From: Octopus vulgaris
Taxonomy: Eukaryota
Assembly: GCA_951406725.2 (NCBI GenBank)
Contig: OX597814.1
Location: 31,186,001 to 31,250,000 of the forward strand
Reading direction: 5' to 3'
DNA length: 64,000 nt
The notes beneath the pieces are model-generated. The model was not told the origin of the DNA. It did not search any database and saw only the letters and a list, made by a program, of their open reading frames with translations. Shown in pieces: positions 39,428 through 49,008 of the stretch. The position numbers were made by a program, and so were the translations under genes. Numbering within the stretch: position 1 is the stretch's first letter; every line of letters begins with the position of its first letter.

Positions 39428-39721
39428 ATAAGCATTTTACCACTCACGCAGTTCACAGAATCCATACTATTCACACACACACACACACACACACTCCCTC
39501 TCTCTCTCTCACTCAGAAACAACCTCATTAAGATCCCTATAGTTACATAGTATCTGTAAACAGGATGGGAAAGATCTGCTGTAAAGAGGTCATGATGATG
39601 ATTACACGAATGACGACATAGAAACGTGACGAACTTCATTGATTGAGTGAAGTACCGAATGGATAATATAACAATCAATCACTTAACTGGTTAAATGATT
39701 AACTAGTTAAATACAAATATT

Positions 39722-39798
<77 letters not shown>

Positions 39799-40337
39799 CA
39801 GGCAGTGGCTCTCATGGCTTCTGATCTTAACTGATTGGAAGTGTTATCATGTACATTGCTTTGTCTTGGTATAAAAGATGGGCTATAGCAAATATTCTGC
39901 TCAATACCACAGATTTGCTTGTCAGTTGTTTGACCTTAACCAGTTGAGCATGTCCCTTAGTGGCTGACGATATGTGCATCTCTGATCACGAGCAGAAGTA
40001 GTGGGGGAGCATCATAGCCATGTGTTGAGAGGGATTCTTTGGGGTTTGAATAATTCACCTCTGGAAACATGGGTGGTTCTTTCAACATCCTTAAACAACC
40101 CTTATTCAGGGACCTTTTGAGCGGGATGGGCTACTCAACCTGAAGAAAATTCTAACTGGGCCCCACCTGCAAGGTCATGTGCTGTTTATCTTGATATGAG
40201 ATCACCATGTCGCGCACATATGGTTGTGATGCATGTGCCTGGTGTACCTTTATCAGACGGGTAGTCATGATGGGTATATTGGGCTTCGTATATTTTACCC
40301 CAGTGTCACTTTGATGGCATGCACTGCTCTCTCACTC
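39799..40337 (+). mobile_element. Non-coding ~540-bp insert bounded by (AAT)n, probably the 3' UTR of a microsatellite-targeting retroelement
   Basis: Complex, GC-richer sequence with sharp ends in aataat arrays, the same context as neighbouring R4/Dong fragments. No coding homology visible; single copy in this window. Confidence 0.45.
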
Positions 40338-40359
40338 AATAATAATAATAACAATAATG

Positions 40360-42722
40360 GGGGCGGGGTGATAGAGATAAATCCCTCCTGATACAGGGAA
40401 GCCTCTAAGGTTAATCGAGGAACCCCACTGTCCGAGATTTCACTGAAATCCTATGAGCAAGTGCCCTCTCCAATTCCTTTTCTCCGACTCACAGGTATAC
40501 ACTTAGAGAGGTACTATCCACTCTTGCCATTTTCGTAGCTTTTACCCACCTGTCAATAAACTCATTTGAGAACAGCTCTTCTCTCTCCACTCTCAATTTT
40601 ATTTTTCAAGTGAAACTTGAAAAAGTGAATGAGAGCTCTACCAAAGAGGAATGTATCTGTCCTCAGCCTTTCAGCCTTGTTCACCAAATATCCTCTTTCG
40701 CCACAGCCACCAGGCAAAGAAAAACTGCCTTGCCTTCCCGATTGAAGGAGGGCGGCGGTGCAATCATCACTATAGATTCGGCCGACAGACGGATCCGGCC
40801 CACACGTGACAGCAGCTGTTCAGTATAACCCCACAAGTCAGCAATGCCCGGACACTGAACGAGAGCGTGCAGAACGGTTTCGTCACTCTGAGCGCTCCTC
40901 GGACAACTCACTCTGACAGCACATCGTGCCTGTAGAGCATGTCTCGAACCGGTAGCGACACCCGGTAACACTGCCAGGCCAAGGACATCTAGAAATTATC
41001 CATAAACGCTCGTGTCGGGAGTGTATGGTGTATCTACGTTGCCAGACTGTAGGGATAGTCGGGCGTTGCTTGTTTCCACCACTACGGGTGTTTGTGCCAT
41101 TGTTGGGGTGGGATTCTGCTATTGAAAATGTTGCTTTAATGATTGTTGCTGCATTGATTGTTGTTGTAGCTTCTGGCCTTCCTGTGGTGGTGGTGGTGGT
41201 CGCAGAGCTGCCGTTTCTCGAGCTCCATTTTGTTGATTTTGTGGTCATTCAAATGGGCGTTACACTCACAAGTGTAGCAATTTGGATTTCTGCTTTCCAC
41301 CACGACTTAGAGTTGTGCTCCGTTGGGCAGCTCGATAAGGTGAGGGACCTTGTCCAAGGATTCCAGTTTTACTTGGATCAAAGTTTCGAACCCGATTCCG
41401 GGTCAGTTCTCCTTCCAATATATTTTAATTCCTAGAAGTGAATCCAGGCCTTCGACCACAACGCACGCAACCAATCACCAAATGCCTAATTCTGGTGGTA
41501 CATCTGATATTTTAACTTTTACCGTACGCAGTCGAATGCACGAGTGTTCGCACTGGACTATTAATTGTTTTTGGGCTAGTGCCTCTGTGAGGAACCTCAC
41601 TTCCACAGAACCATATTGTCTCCCTCGTGTGAAGAAATCAGTATCAGTCCAAATGCCTTGCGAGCATTTTTCGACTTGGATGTGTGGCGCATTGAAGATT
41701 TTCGTCGTCTTTAGTACATCTGTACACGATGGTCCTTCTGGCGTCTTCTCCATCAAATCTGAAGGGATAGCAAGATTAACTTTCCTATCCCCGCTACATA
41801 CCCAGGTGCTCATGTTCTCCTTCCAGGGAGATTTGCTCCTGCAATTTTGTTACTTCAGCAAAGGAGTTGTTTTTATCCTTACTGTTATTGTTGGTGTTTA
41901 TTATATCATTTTTGCTGTTGATGTTTGTTGTGTGATGGAGGAAAAAGACAACAGAAAGAGAAGAAAAAGGGAGAAAGAAATACCTCATATGCAATCCTCT
42001 CCGACAACACCACATAGCACATCACAGCCCATAACACCACAAACACCACAGTGTTGTTCCTTTCGTCGTTGGTATTAGTCGGAGCCAAAGCGACGCTTTT
42101 GTTTCTGGTGATGTTCATATTGTTGACCGAAGGAGTCAAGCTAATGGGGGAAAATCATTTATATCCTATCTGTACTGCTTATTTGTCTCTCCTGTCAAAG
42201 CTTTAATGTTGTTGCTACTGTCTCTGCTGCTGCCTGCTGCTACGCTTATTTTTATTGCTGTTCTTCGTAGTGGTGGTGGCAGAGGGGATGATGGTGGTGG
42301 TATCGGAGTTGTTGTTTTTTTTGTGATTGGGATGGTCAACTTGCTTTTCCTGCTTGCTTGTCTAGTAGCCGCGCCAACAGCGAAGAAATGTCACCCTCTC
42401 ATTTTTGTAGCAAGACACCCCTTTGTCTATCCCCATCTCTCATTGACGACTGAAACTCCCTCGAAACTATATGTTGCTGACACGGAGCAAAATTCAAAAT
42501 TTTTCACGTGGAATAAGAAATGGAATAGACTGGATAAGTCCCCCAAGAAAATGGACGACTTTTATCCCCCAAAAAAAATTGGAACTCACTAGTAGAAGGA
42601 TCCCTTATTGTCCACCCTGGTTGAAAATGACACGAAAGCACCGCTATTTTCCGAAGAAAACTGACGATTTTCGAAAACAAAATACGGAACCGAAGTCAAG
42701 CGTGGCTTCCTCGGTAGACGAC
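40360..42722 (-). mobile_element. Tx1/L1-clade LINE, internally deleted (ORF1 remnant joined to ORF2 C-terminus)
   Basis: ORF 40681-40971 SCPRSAQSDETVLHALVQCP..LW is an L1/Tx1 ORF2 C-terminal cysteine motif. ORF1 remnants: GSVEVRF..TVKVKISDVPPEL (41475-41813) and knuckle-like PNCYTCECNAH near 41250-41285. No EN or RT lies between them. Confidence 0.75.
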
Positions 42723-42727
42723 CAAAA

Positions 42728-42976
42728 ATAATAAACAATTACTATCACAGTAGGCGCATTAGGTAAGATAAAAACATTATTCAGACAAATACATAACAAA
42801 AGCACCAGGACTAACAAGTATATATAACATGCAGAAAACAGTACTACTAGGCACCATACACATCCTACGTAAAACACTTTAAACACGGTAAAAATAAGAG
42901 AAGCACAGCTCATACCCAAGGCACACAGAGCTGCGTTCGGTAGTGCAGTGAAGGCACGTGATAAAAAATAAGACTA

Positions 42977-42980
<4 letters not shown>
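42728..42980 (+). mobile_element. R4/Dong-type 3' fragment ending in (AAT)n
   Basis: TITITVGALG..IYNMQKTVLLG.; 3' UTR catacccaaggcacacagagctgcg shared with 35556 and 44783. Confidence 0.8.
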
Positions 42981-43056
<76 letters not shown>

Positions 43057-43092
43057 TTAAAAAAGAAAACAAACTATGCTGGATCAGATATA

Positions 43093-44384
43093 CGAGGGGC
43101 GTTCAATAAGTAATGCCCCTGACCCACTTCCCATAGCAGTAGAGCAACGAAACTTGGCACAGTTATTAGTCTTTTTCTACATAAGAACCACTCAGAGTTA
43201 CGCATTTCTCACATCGTTTGATGCGGCTCTGGAGACCGTTTTTGTAGGAGACCCCAGCTTGATCCTCCAACCACGACGTGACTTCAGAAATCAAGGCTGC
43301 ATCATCTGGGAAACGCTTTCCTTTCAAAAACAACTTCATGGCTGGGAAGAGGTGAAAATCAGAGGGTGCAAGGTCAGGAGACTAGGGGGGATGGGGGATG
43401 AGTTCATAGCCGCACGCCTGTGTTTCTGATCTGGCGGCAAGCGAGTTGTGAACCGGAGCGTTGTCCTGCAAGAGGAGGATGCCTTTGCTGATCTTGCCCC
43501 GCCTCTTGATTTTGATAGCTTCTCTTAATTTCCTCAAAATTGAAGCATAATAGGCTCCTGTAATTGTGGCACCCTTCGCCAGGAAATCTTTCATCAGTAC
43601 TCCGTCCTGGTCCCAGAAGACTGCGAGCATGACCTTGCCAGCAGAGGGCTGCACCCTTGCCTTCTTTGGAGGAGGTGAGTCACGGTGTGTCCACTGCATT
43701 GACTGGGCTTTGGTCTCTGGATCATAGTGATGGACCCAGGTTTCATCCTGTGTAATCAGTCTTTTGAAAAATTTTGACTCATCTTCTTGGCACATCTCCA
43801 AATTCATCCTCGAGCAATTGACACGTTCTTGCTTCTGGAAAGATGTGAGCAACCTGGGAATCCATCTGGCAGACATCTTTTGCATATGCAAATGGTCATG
43901 AATGATAGTTTCCACAGACCCGGTACTAATCTTGACCTCATGGGCTATTTGGCGAATAGTTATGCGTCGATCTTCCAAAATGGCAGCCTCAACATGACGG
44001 ACAGATGCCTCATCAATGGCAGAAAGGGGCGACCAGATCTGGGAGCTGTTTCCACAGAGTTCCGTCCATGTTTGAATTCACGATGCCAGCGTTTTACAAG
44101 GTCATATGATGGGGCATCATCACCATAAGTTACTTTCATTTCATCAAAAGTCTCCCGTGGTGTGCGTTCTTTCAAATACAAAAACCGAATCACTGCTCGA
44201 CACTCAACATGCTCCATTTCACACTTGACTCAGTTCAAACACCTGTAAATCAGAAACCACAATTAGTTCAGAGCTGTAATTTGCTACTTAATCTATAAAG
44301 ATATAAATAATTGTACATGCAATATTTCAGCTAGATCAAATAACTGCAAGTGGGTCATGAGCATTACTTATTGAACGCCCCTCG
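43093..44384 (-). mobile_element. Full-length mariner transposon (1292 bp), irritans-subfamily-like termini
   Basis: TIRs cgaggggcgttcaataagtaatgc..tgacccactt at both ends; TA duplication at 43091-92 and 44385-86. Confidence 0.95.
43166..44217 (-). pseudogene. Mariner DD34D transposase with one frameshift and one nonsense codon
   Basis: HTH N-terminus (43960-44217), frameshift near 43980-44020, then WIPRLL, TQDETW, LQDNAP, PHPP*SPDLAPSDFHLF (TAG replaces the Tyr codon at 43382-84), in frame to GSYVEKD-stop at 43166. Confidence 0.93.
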
Positions 44385-44724
44385 TAGTATGCCCAGCTGG
44401 CAACAAAGTATGCGATAAGGAAGAAAGAAAAGTCGGGAGATATGACAGGTTAGCCTGGAGAGTTAAATAGTTCTGGTCAATGAAAAAGGTAGCAGCAGTA
44501 CCAATAATTGTCGGAGCCCTGGGAACAGTGAGCAAAAATCTTGAGAAGTAGGTGGAACAAATAGAGGCTGTGATAAGGGTGGAGCACTTGCAGAAAACAG
44601 CACTGCTTGGAACCGCCCGAATACTCCGGAAGATGCGCGAAAAAGAAGAGGTGTTACCTTACTTCCCTGGTAGTGAACAACTGACACTGTAGTACATCTC
44701 CAGCGTTATAAGATATGCAAAAGC

Positions 44725-44782
<58 letters not shown>

Positions 44783-44784
<2 letters not shown>

Positions 44785-45123
44785 CGTTTCTCTAAAAGAA
44801 ATGGAGAAATTATCCAAATAAAAAGACCTGGAAATGGAGGCAACTCGAATGTAGAATCTAAAAACAGAAACAATTCTTATCATAGTAGGCGCAATAGGAA
44901 TGATAAAAAAAATATTCAGACAAATACATAACAAAAACACCAGGACTTACAAATATACATAACATACAGGAAATTGCACTACTGGGCACTGCACACATCC
45001 TACTCAAAACAGTTTCAATACAGTAACCATAAGAGCATCACAACAAAGCACAGCACATACCCAAGCCACACAGAGCTGCGTTCAGTAGTGAAGTGAAAGC
45101 ACACTATAAAAATAAAACTACTG
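44783..45123 (+). mobile_element. R4/Dong-type 3' fragment inside (AAT)n
   Basis: NVSLKEMEKLSK*KDLE..IIVGAIGMIKK..IQEIALLGTAHILLK plus 3' UTR ending aaaactactg-aataat. Confidence 0.88.
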
Positions 45124-45148
45124 AATAATAATAATAGTAATGATGATA

Positions 45149-45197
<49 letters not shown>

Positions 45198-45218
45198 TAA
45201 TAATAATAATAATAATAA

Positions 45219-45540
45219 CCCCAAAATGGAAACCCAAAAATGGAAACCCAAAAATGGCAGAAATTCAAAAGATAGTGCTCATGGGAACTGCTCATATCCT
45301 ACGCAAAATATTTTCTATGTAATCTCAAGGTTTAAAACAAACATAATTTTCCTTTTTTTTATTCTTCTTTATTTTTTATTATTTTTTAGACATTCACTAG
45401 TATAATACGAAACCCCCCCCCCCAAATATATGGCACACTAGGCATAACAACAACATGAAGTTCAAACCTATTGTCTCTTGAGGTCTCTGGGTGAGACTTG
45501 GAGCCAACTTGTACAAATATAAAGCAAAAGTCAAACATAT
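45219..45540 (+). mobile_element. R4/Dong-type extreme 3' fragment (third family) inside (AAT)n
   Basis: GNPKMAEIQKIVLMGTAHILRKIFSM* plus a distinct 3' UTR; tandem ccaaaaatggaaac at the 5' junction. Confidence 0.8.
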
Positions 45541-45564
45541 GATAATAATAATAATAATAATAAT

Positions 45565-45640
<76 letters not shown>

Positions 45641-45643
45641 AAT

Positions 45644-45851
45644 ACTCTTTTCTACTCTAGGCACAAGGCCCGAAATTTTGGAGGAGAAGGCCAGTCGATT
45701 AGATCGACTCCAGTACGCAACTGGTACTTAATTTATCGACCCCGAAAGGATGAAAGGCAAAGTCGACCTCGGTGGAATTTGAACGTAACGGTAGACGAAA
45801 TACCGCTAAGCATTTCGTCGAGCGTGCTAATGATTCTGCCAGCCCACCACC
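45644..45851 (-). mobile_element. SINE family A variant with alternative tail
   Basis: Family A head and central domain on the minus strand, but the tail is ctaggcacaaggcccgaaattttgg instead of cccacaaggggctaaac. Confidence 0.85.
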
Positions 45852-45899
45852 TTAATAATAATAATAATAATAATAACAATAAGGCAATGACATAGCATG

Positions 45900-45990
45900 A
45901 TACTCTCCAACTTAAGGCAGACTGAAATAGTAATAGACGTTAGAAGGCCTGATTTAGTAGTACTCATAAAGAGAACAGAAAGTGCCAGAT
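45900..45990 (+). mobile_element. Small RLE-domain fragment of an R4/Dong-type element
   Basis: VIDVRRPDLVV..HKENRKC motif (PD catalytic region). Confidence 0.55.
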
Positions 45991-46054
45991 CTCACGTCCC
46001 AGATCCTTTTGTCACACTCAAACTCAGTGTGTGACGCACTAATAGACATCTTGA

Positions 46055-46968
46055 CATAGTTATATGTACTACATATCGCCCACCAGATGCCCCAAATCAC
46101 AGGGGCCTATTCGAAGACTGCCTTGTAAGTATAGAAGAGTTCTTAAACAAAGTAGAAGAGCACATCAGTGTGCCTCTCATGGGAGACTTCAACCTGCTCA
46201 GTGTGAAATAGCCCGAAGGCCTTTTCCTCTCAGGAATGATGCTTTGCGAGCAAAAGCAGGTGGAATCCTTCTCAACCTCACCAACAATTTATATATGGAG
46301 CAAATAATACTCCAACAAATCAGGGCAAATATTATACTTGATCTCTGCTTCACAGAATGTGGATCTTCTCCATAATATGAAAGTGACACTGACACTAATT
46401 TCGGGTCACAACATAATAGAGCTGACCATGTATGGACCAAAGGAACCGACAGACATGTAACCTATAATAAGCAACCAAAACCTGTCCAATCTGAACTACT
46501 ACAATGCAGACTGGAAATCAAGTGAGAAAGGAGGAATTTCAACCGTGTTTCGTGGTCTGCTACCACAACAGCTCCTTTACAGGATACAGTTAGCTCAAGA
46601 CATCATCAGGAGGAACCACGTCTGGTTTCGGCCCCTACTCCTCTACCGCTTTGACGTGGCGGCCTCCCTCCTTTCGGAGGTGTCTTCAGCTCTGGTGTTG
46701 AGTGTATGTCTTCTATCTTCTTCTTTCTTCTGTACCCTGGCCACTTCGATGTAGCGTCCTGATTACCAAACAGGACTGGACCCAATGTCTCTCTACATGT
46801 GACAGAGACATGAAATTGAAAGCTTCCATGTATGTAATGCAAGCCTGTAATGCTACAACTTTGTCCCTGAGAGAATGGCCACTGCATATAAAAATAGATT
46901 TCCAAGGAGAGGGAAGTTCTTATAGAATGGTGTACAAAGATTGGAAACCGCCTCAACAGAGAACTTAA
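46055..46968 (+). mobile_element. CR1-like LINE AP-endonuclease remnant (interrupted at ~46531-46760)
   Basis: ICTTYRPPD..PLMGDFNL..MEQIILQQIRANIILDLCFT..LNYYNADWKS, resuming as ITKQDWTQCLS after the insert. Confidence 0.75.
46531..46760 (-). mobile_element. Short insert with hammerhead-like boxes, probable Penelope-type 3' end
   Basis: Interrupts the CR1 frame. The minus strand has CTGAAGA (46689-83), GAAAC (46629-25), CTGATGA (46609-03) and GAAAC-acg-GTT (46551-41), plus a cctcc-GAAA-ggagg hairpin. Confidence 0.45.
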
Positions 46969-46969
46969 C

Positions 46970-47936
46970 GGCAGTGAGTTCTCTGTTAGAAAAAACTGCT
47001 GGAGATTAACAAACAGCTGTTTATGGCTGACCGAGATCATCCTGCCCAGTGTACAGCAGGACACTGACGTCTTGCTGGAGTTCAGCGTCTTAAGCAGACC
47101 GACAAATTTTGGGGGGATCTTAACTACATGCAGTGATAGCATATTGTCTTCAAACAAGTCTACCATCCTTCTGTCCAACATAGACCAACGGACGTTTGCA
47201 GTTTGGGCAAACGTCTCACCAATGCTGGACTGGTGTGCTTTCTTTGCCCATGGCTGCGACGACTGGCTACTGGCACTGCTACCAGAAGTTTGTCTCTGCT
47301 TCCCATGGGAAGAGCCGGCCTTGAGCCTCTTCTGAAACTAGATGGCATGCACTGTGTGTTGACATGCTACTTCTAGTTGTAGAAGCTCGACGCTTGTTCC
47401 TTGATGGTGGTCTCCTTGGACTGGCACATGACGCAGCGGAAGTACAGGATTTTTGGCGTTCTTCTGATCGCTTGAAGTAAGGACAAAGTTGTCCTCCAGG
47501 TACGGGCCACAGGTTCTGAGCGACCTCTTCCTCACCCACAGCCGTTGCAGACTCCTCAACCGGCCTTCATCCTCAGGCCAAACAAAAACTTCTTCACTTT
47601 CCATAACGATAACCGAAAACTTGATAAGCTGATAACGTACACAGCTGTCGCTGACACTGTCTGTGATGTGACAACGTCGTAAGGGAATACAACTCAAAAC
47701 TGCAGAATTGCACAATACTCCTCCGCTAGCACGTAGTCAGCCAATAGCCTAACTCTTCGAGACACGCCCACAACAGAAAGGAACACACGTATGAATTTTG
47801 TTAGCGAACTTAATGTTAGCGGAACTAAATTCAACAGAAGTTAATTGGTCTGCTAACGGTTTCCAAATTTGGCGAAAACGCTAATCTGCTAAACGAAAAG
47901 TTCGCTTCACTAATTAACTGTTAGTGCACACCACTA
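46970..47936 (-). mobile_element. 5' end of a hAT DNA transposon (terminus, BED finger, Hermes-type DNA-binding region), pseudogenised
   Basis: Terminus TAGTGGTGTGCAC at 47936 with repeated gctaa/ttagc subterminal motifs; frameshifted WPYLEDNF..YFRCVMC..SSFYN*K*HV (BED finger); LDRRMVDLFEDNMLSLHVV..FVGLLKTLN..S..TLGR (hAT DNA-binding region). Confidence 0.78.
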
Positions 47937-48587
47937 ATCATTAGTAATGAGAGCGGTGTCCTCTAACAAAGAACTAATATATATTTCATAATATTGAACG
48001 AAATGAAATTTAAAAAAAATTCAACAATTCTCCCTTTTCTTTTTTTCAGAGCAAAAAGGGGAAACAGAGAAAATTTATTGTAAAATTTATTGGCAAAAGA
48101 AAAAAAAATTCCCGGAGTCTTAAATAAAATGAAAAAGAGCATTATAGTTAACACAATTTAGAATTGTAATTAATAGATATTTATGTATTTATTTCTTCTC
48201 TTGCGGATATTTTTAATTATTCCGTTACATATGACAAAAATATCTACTGTTATTGTTAATATATACACACTGATTCTTGTTGATTAGTTACAAGGCCTAT
48301 TTTGTTAGGGCTATATGCGTTAATTAACTGTTTTCATGTAATTGCGCTAAATAAATAAAAAAAATGTGCTAAGGCTTGAAGCAAATCTAATAGTGTAATA
48401 GCATATCACGATGAAAAAGTAATTGGTTAAAGATGAGCTTATTTGATTAAAAACGAGATAACTTATAAGCAAAAATTTAAAGATTGTTAAAAGAGTAAAA
48501 TACGAAGGAGACTACGACAAAAATAATGTAAAATTTGATATACCAAACTATATATTAATAAAAGGTGAATGTTAATAGAAATAACTT

Positions 48588-49008
48588 TTTCTTATTTTTT
48601 TAATGCCCACAAGGCGCTAAATATAGAGGGGACAAACAAGGACAGACACATGGCTTAAGTCGATTACATCGACCCCAGTGCGTAACTGGTATTTAATTTA
48701 TTGACCCCGAAAGGGATGAAAGGCAAAGTCGACCTCGGTAGAATTTGAACTCAGAACGTAACGGCAGATGAAATACCTATTTCTTTACTACCCACAAGGG
48801 GCTAAACACAGAGAGGACAAACAAGGGAAGACAAACTGATTAAGTCGATTATATCGACTCCAGTGCGTAACTGGTACTTATTTAATCGACCCCGAAAGGA
48901 TGAAAGGTAAAGTCGACCTCGGCGGAATTTGAACTCAGCACGAGCGGCAGACGAAATACCGCCAAGCATTTAGCCCGGCGTACTAACGTTCCTGCCAGCT
49001 CGCCGCCT
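48588..49008 (-). mobile_element. SINE family A head-to-tail dimer inside a single TSD
   Basis: Full unit 48775-49007 plus a headless unit 48590-48774; 12-bp TSD tagaaataactt at 48576-48587 and 49009-49020. Confidence 0.92.

Larger units (their letters stand above)
43056..44724 (+). mobile_element. R4/Dong-type 3' fragment (second family) split by a mariner insertion
   Basis: IKKENKLCWI before the mariner; after it VCPAGNKVCDKEERKVGRYDRL..VPIIVGALGTV..LQKTALLGTARILRKM; bounded by (AAT)n on both sides. Confidence 0.8.

Noticed and set aside
39960-40150. CTGACGA and CTGAAGA boxes (also at ~14034, 36138, 49797 on minus, 51150, 60251)
   Set aside because: No properly placed stem II, GAAA, stem III and UH elements, so not called hammerheads.
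41025-42078. Long + strand ORFs (136 aa and 242 aa)
   Set aside because: Antisense shadows of the minus-strand Tx1-like ORF1 remnant.
42980-45880. Repeat-spacer-like alternation of (AAT)n with unique segments resembling a CRISPR array
   Set aside because: The repeats are variable-length microsatellites and the spacers are retroelement fragments; eukaryotic context, no cas genes.
46606-47181. 191-aa minus-strand ORF as a novel fusion protein
   Set aside because: A chance read-through across three adjacent remnants (hAT, antisense CR1, Penelope-like insert); only the first ~55 aa are meaningful.
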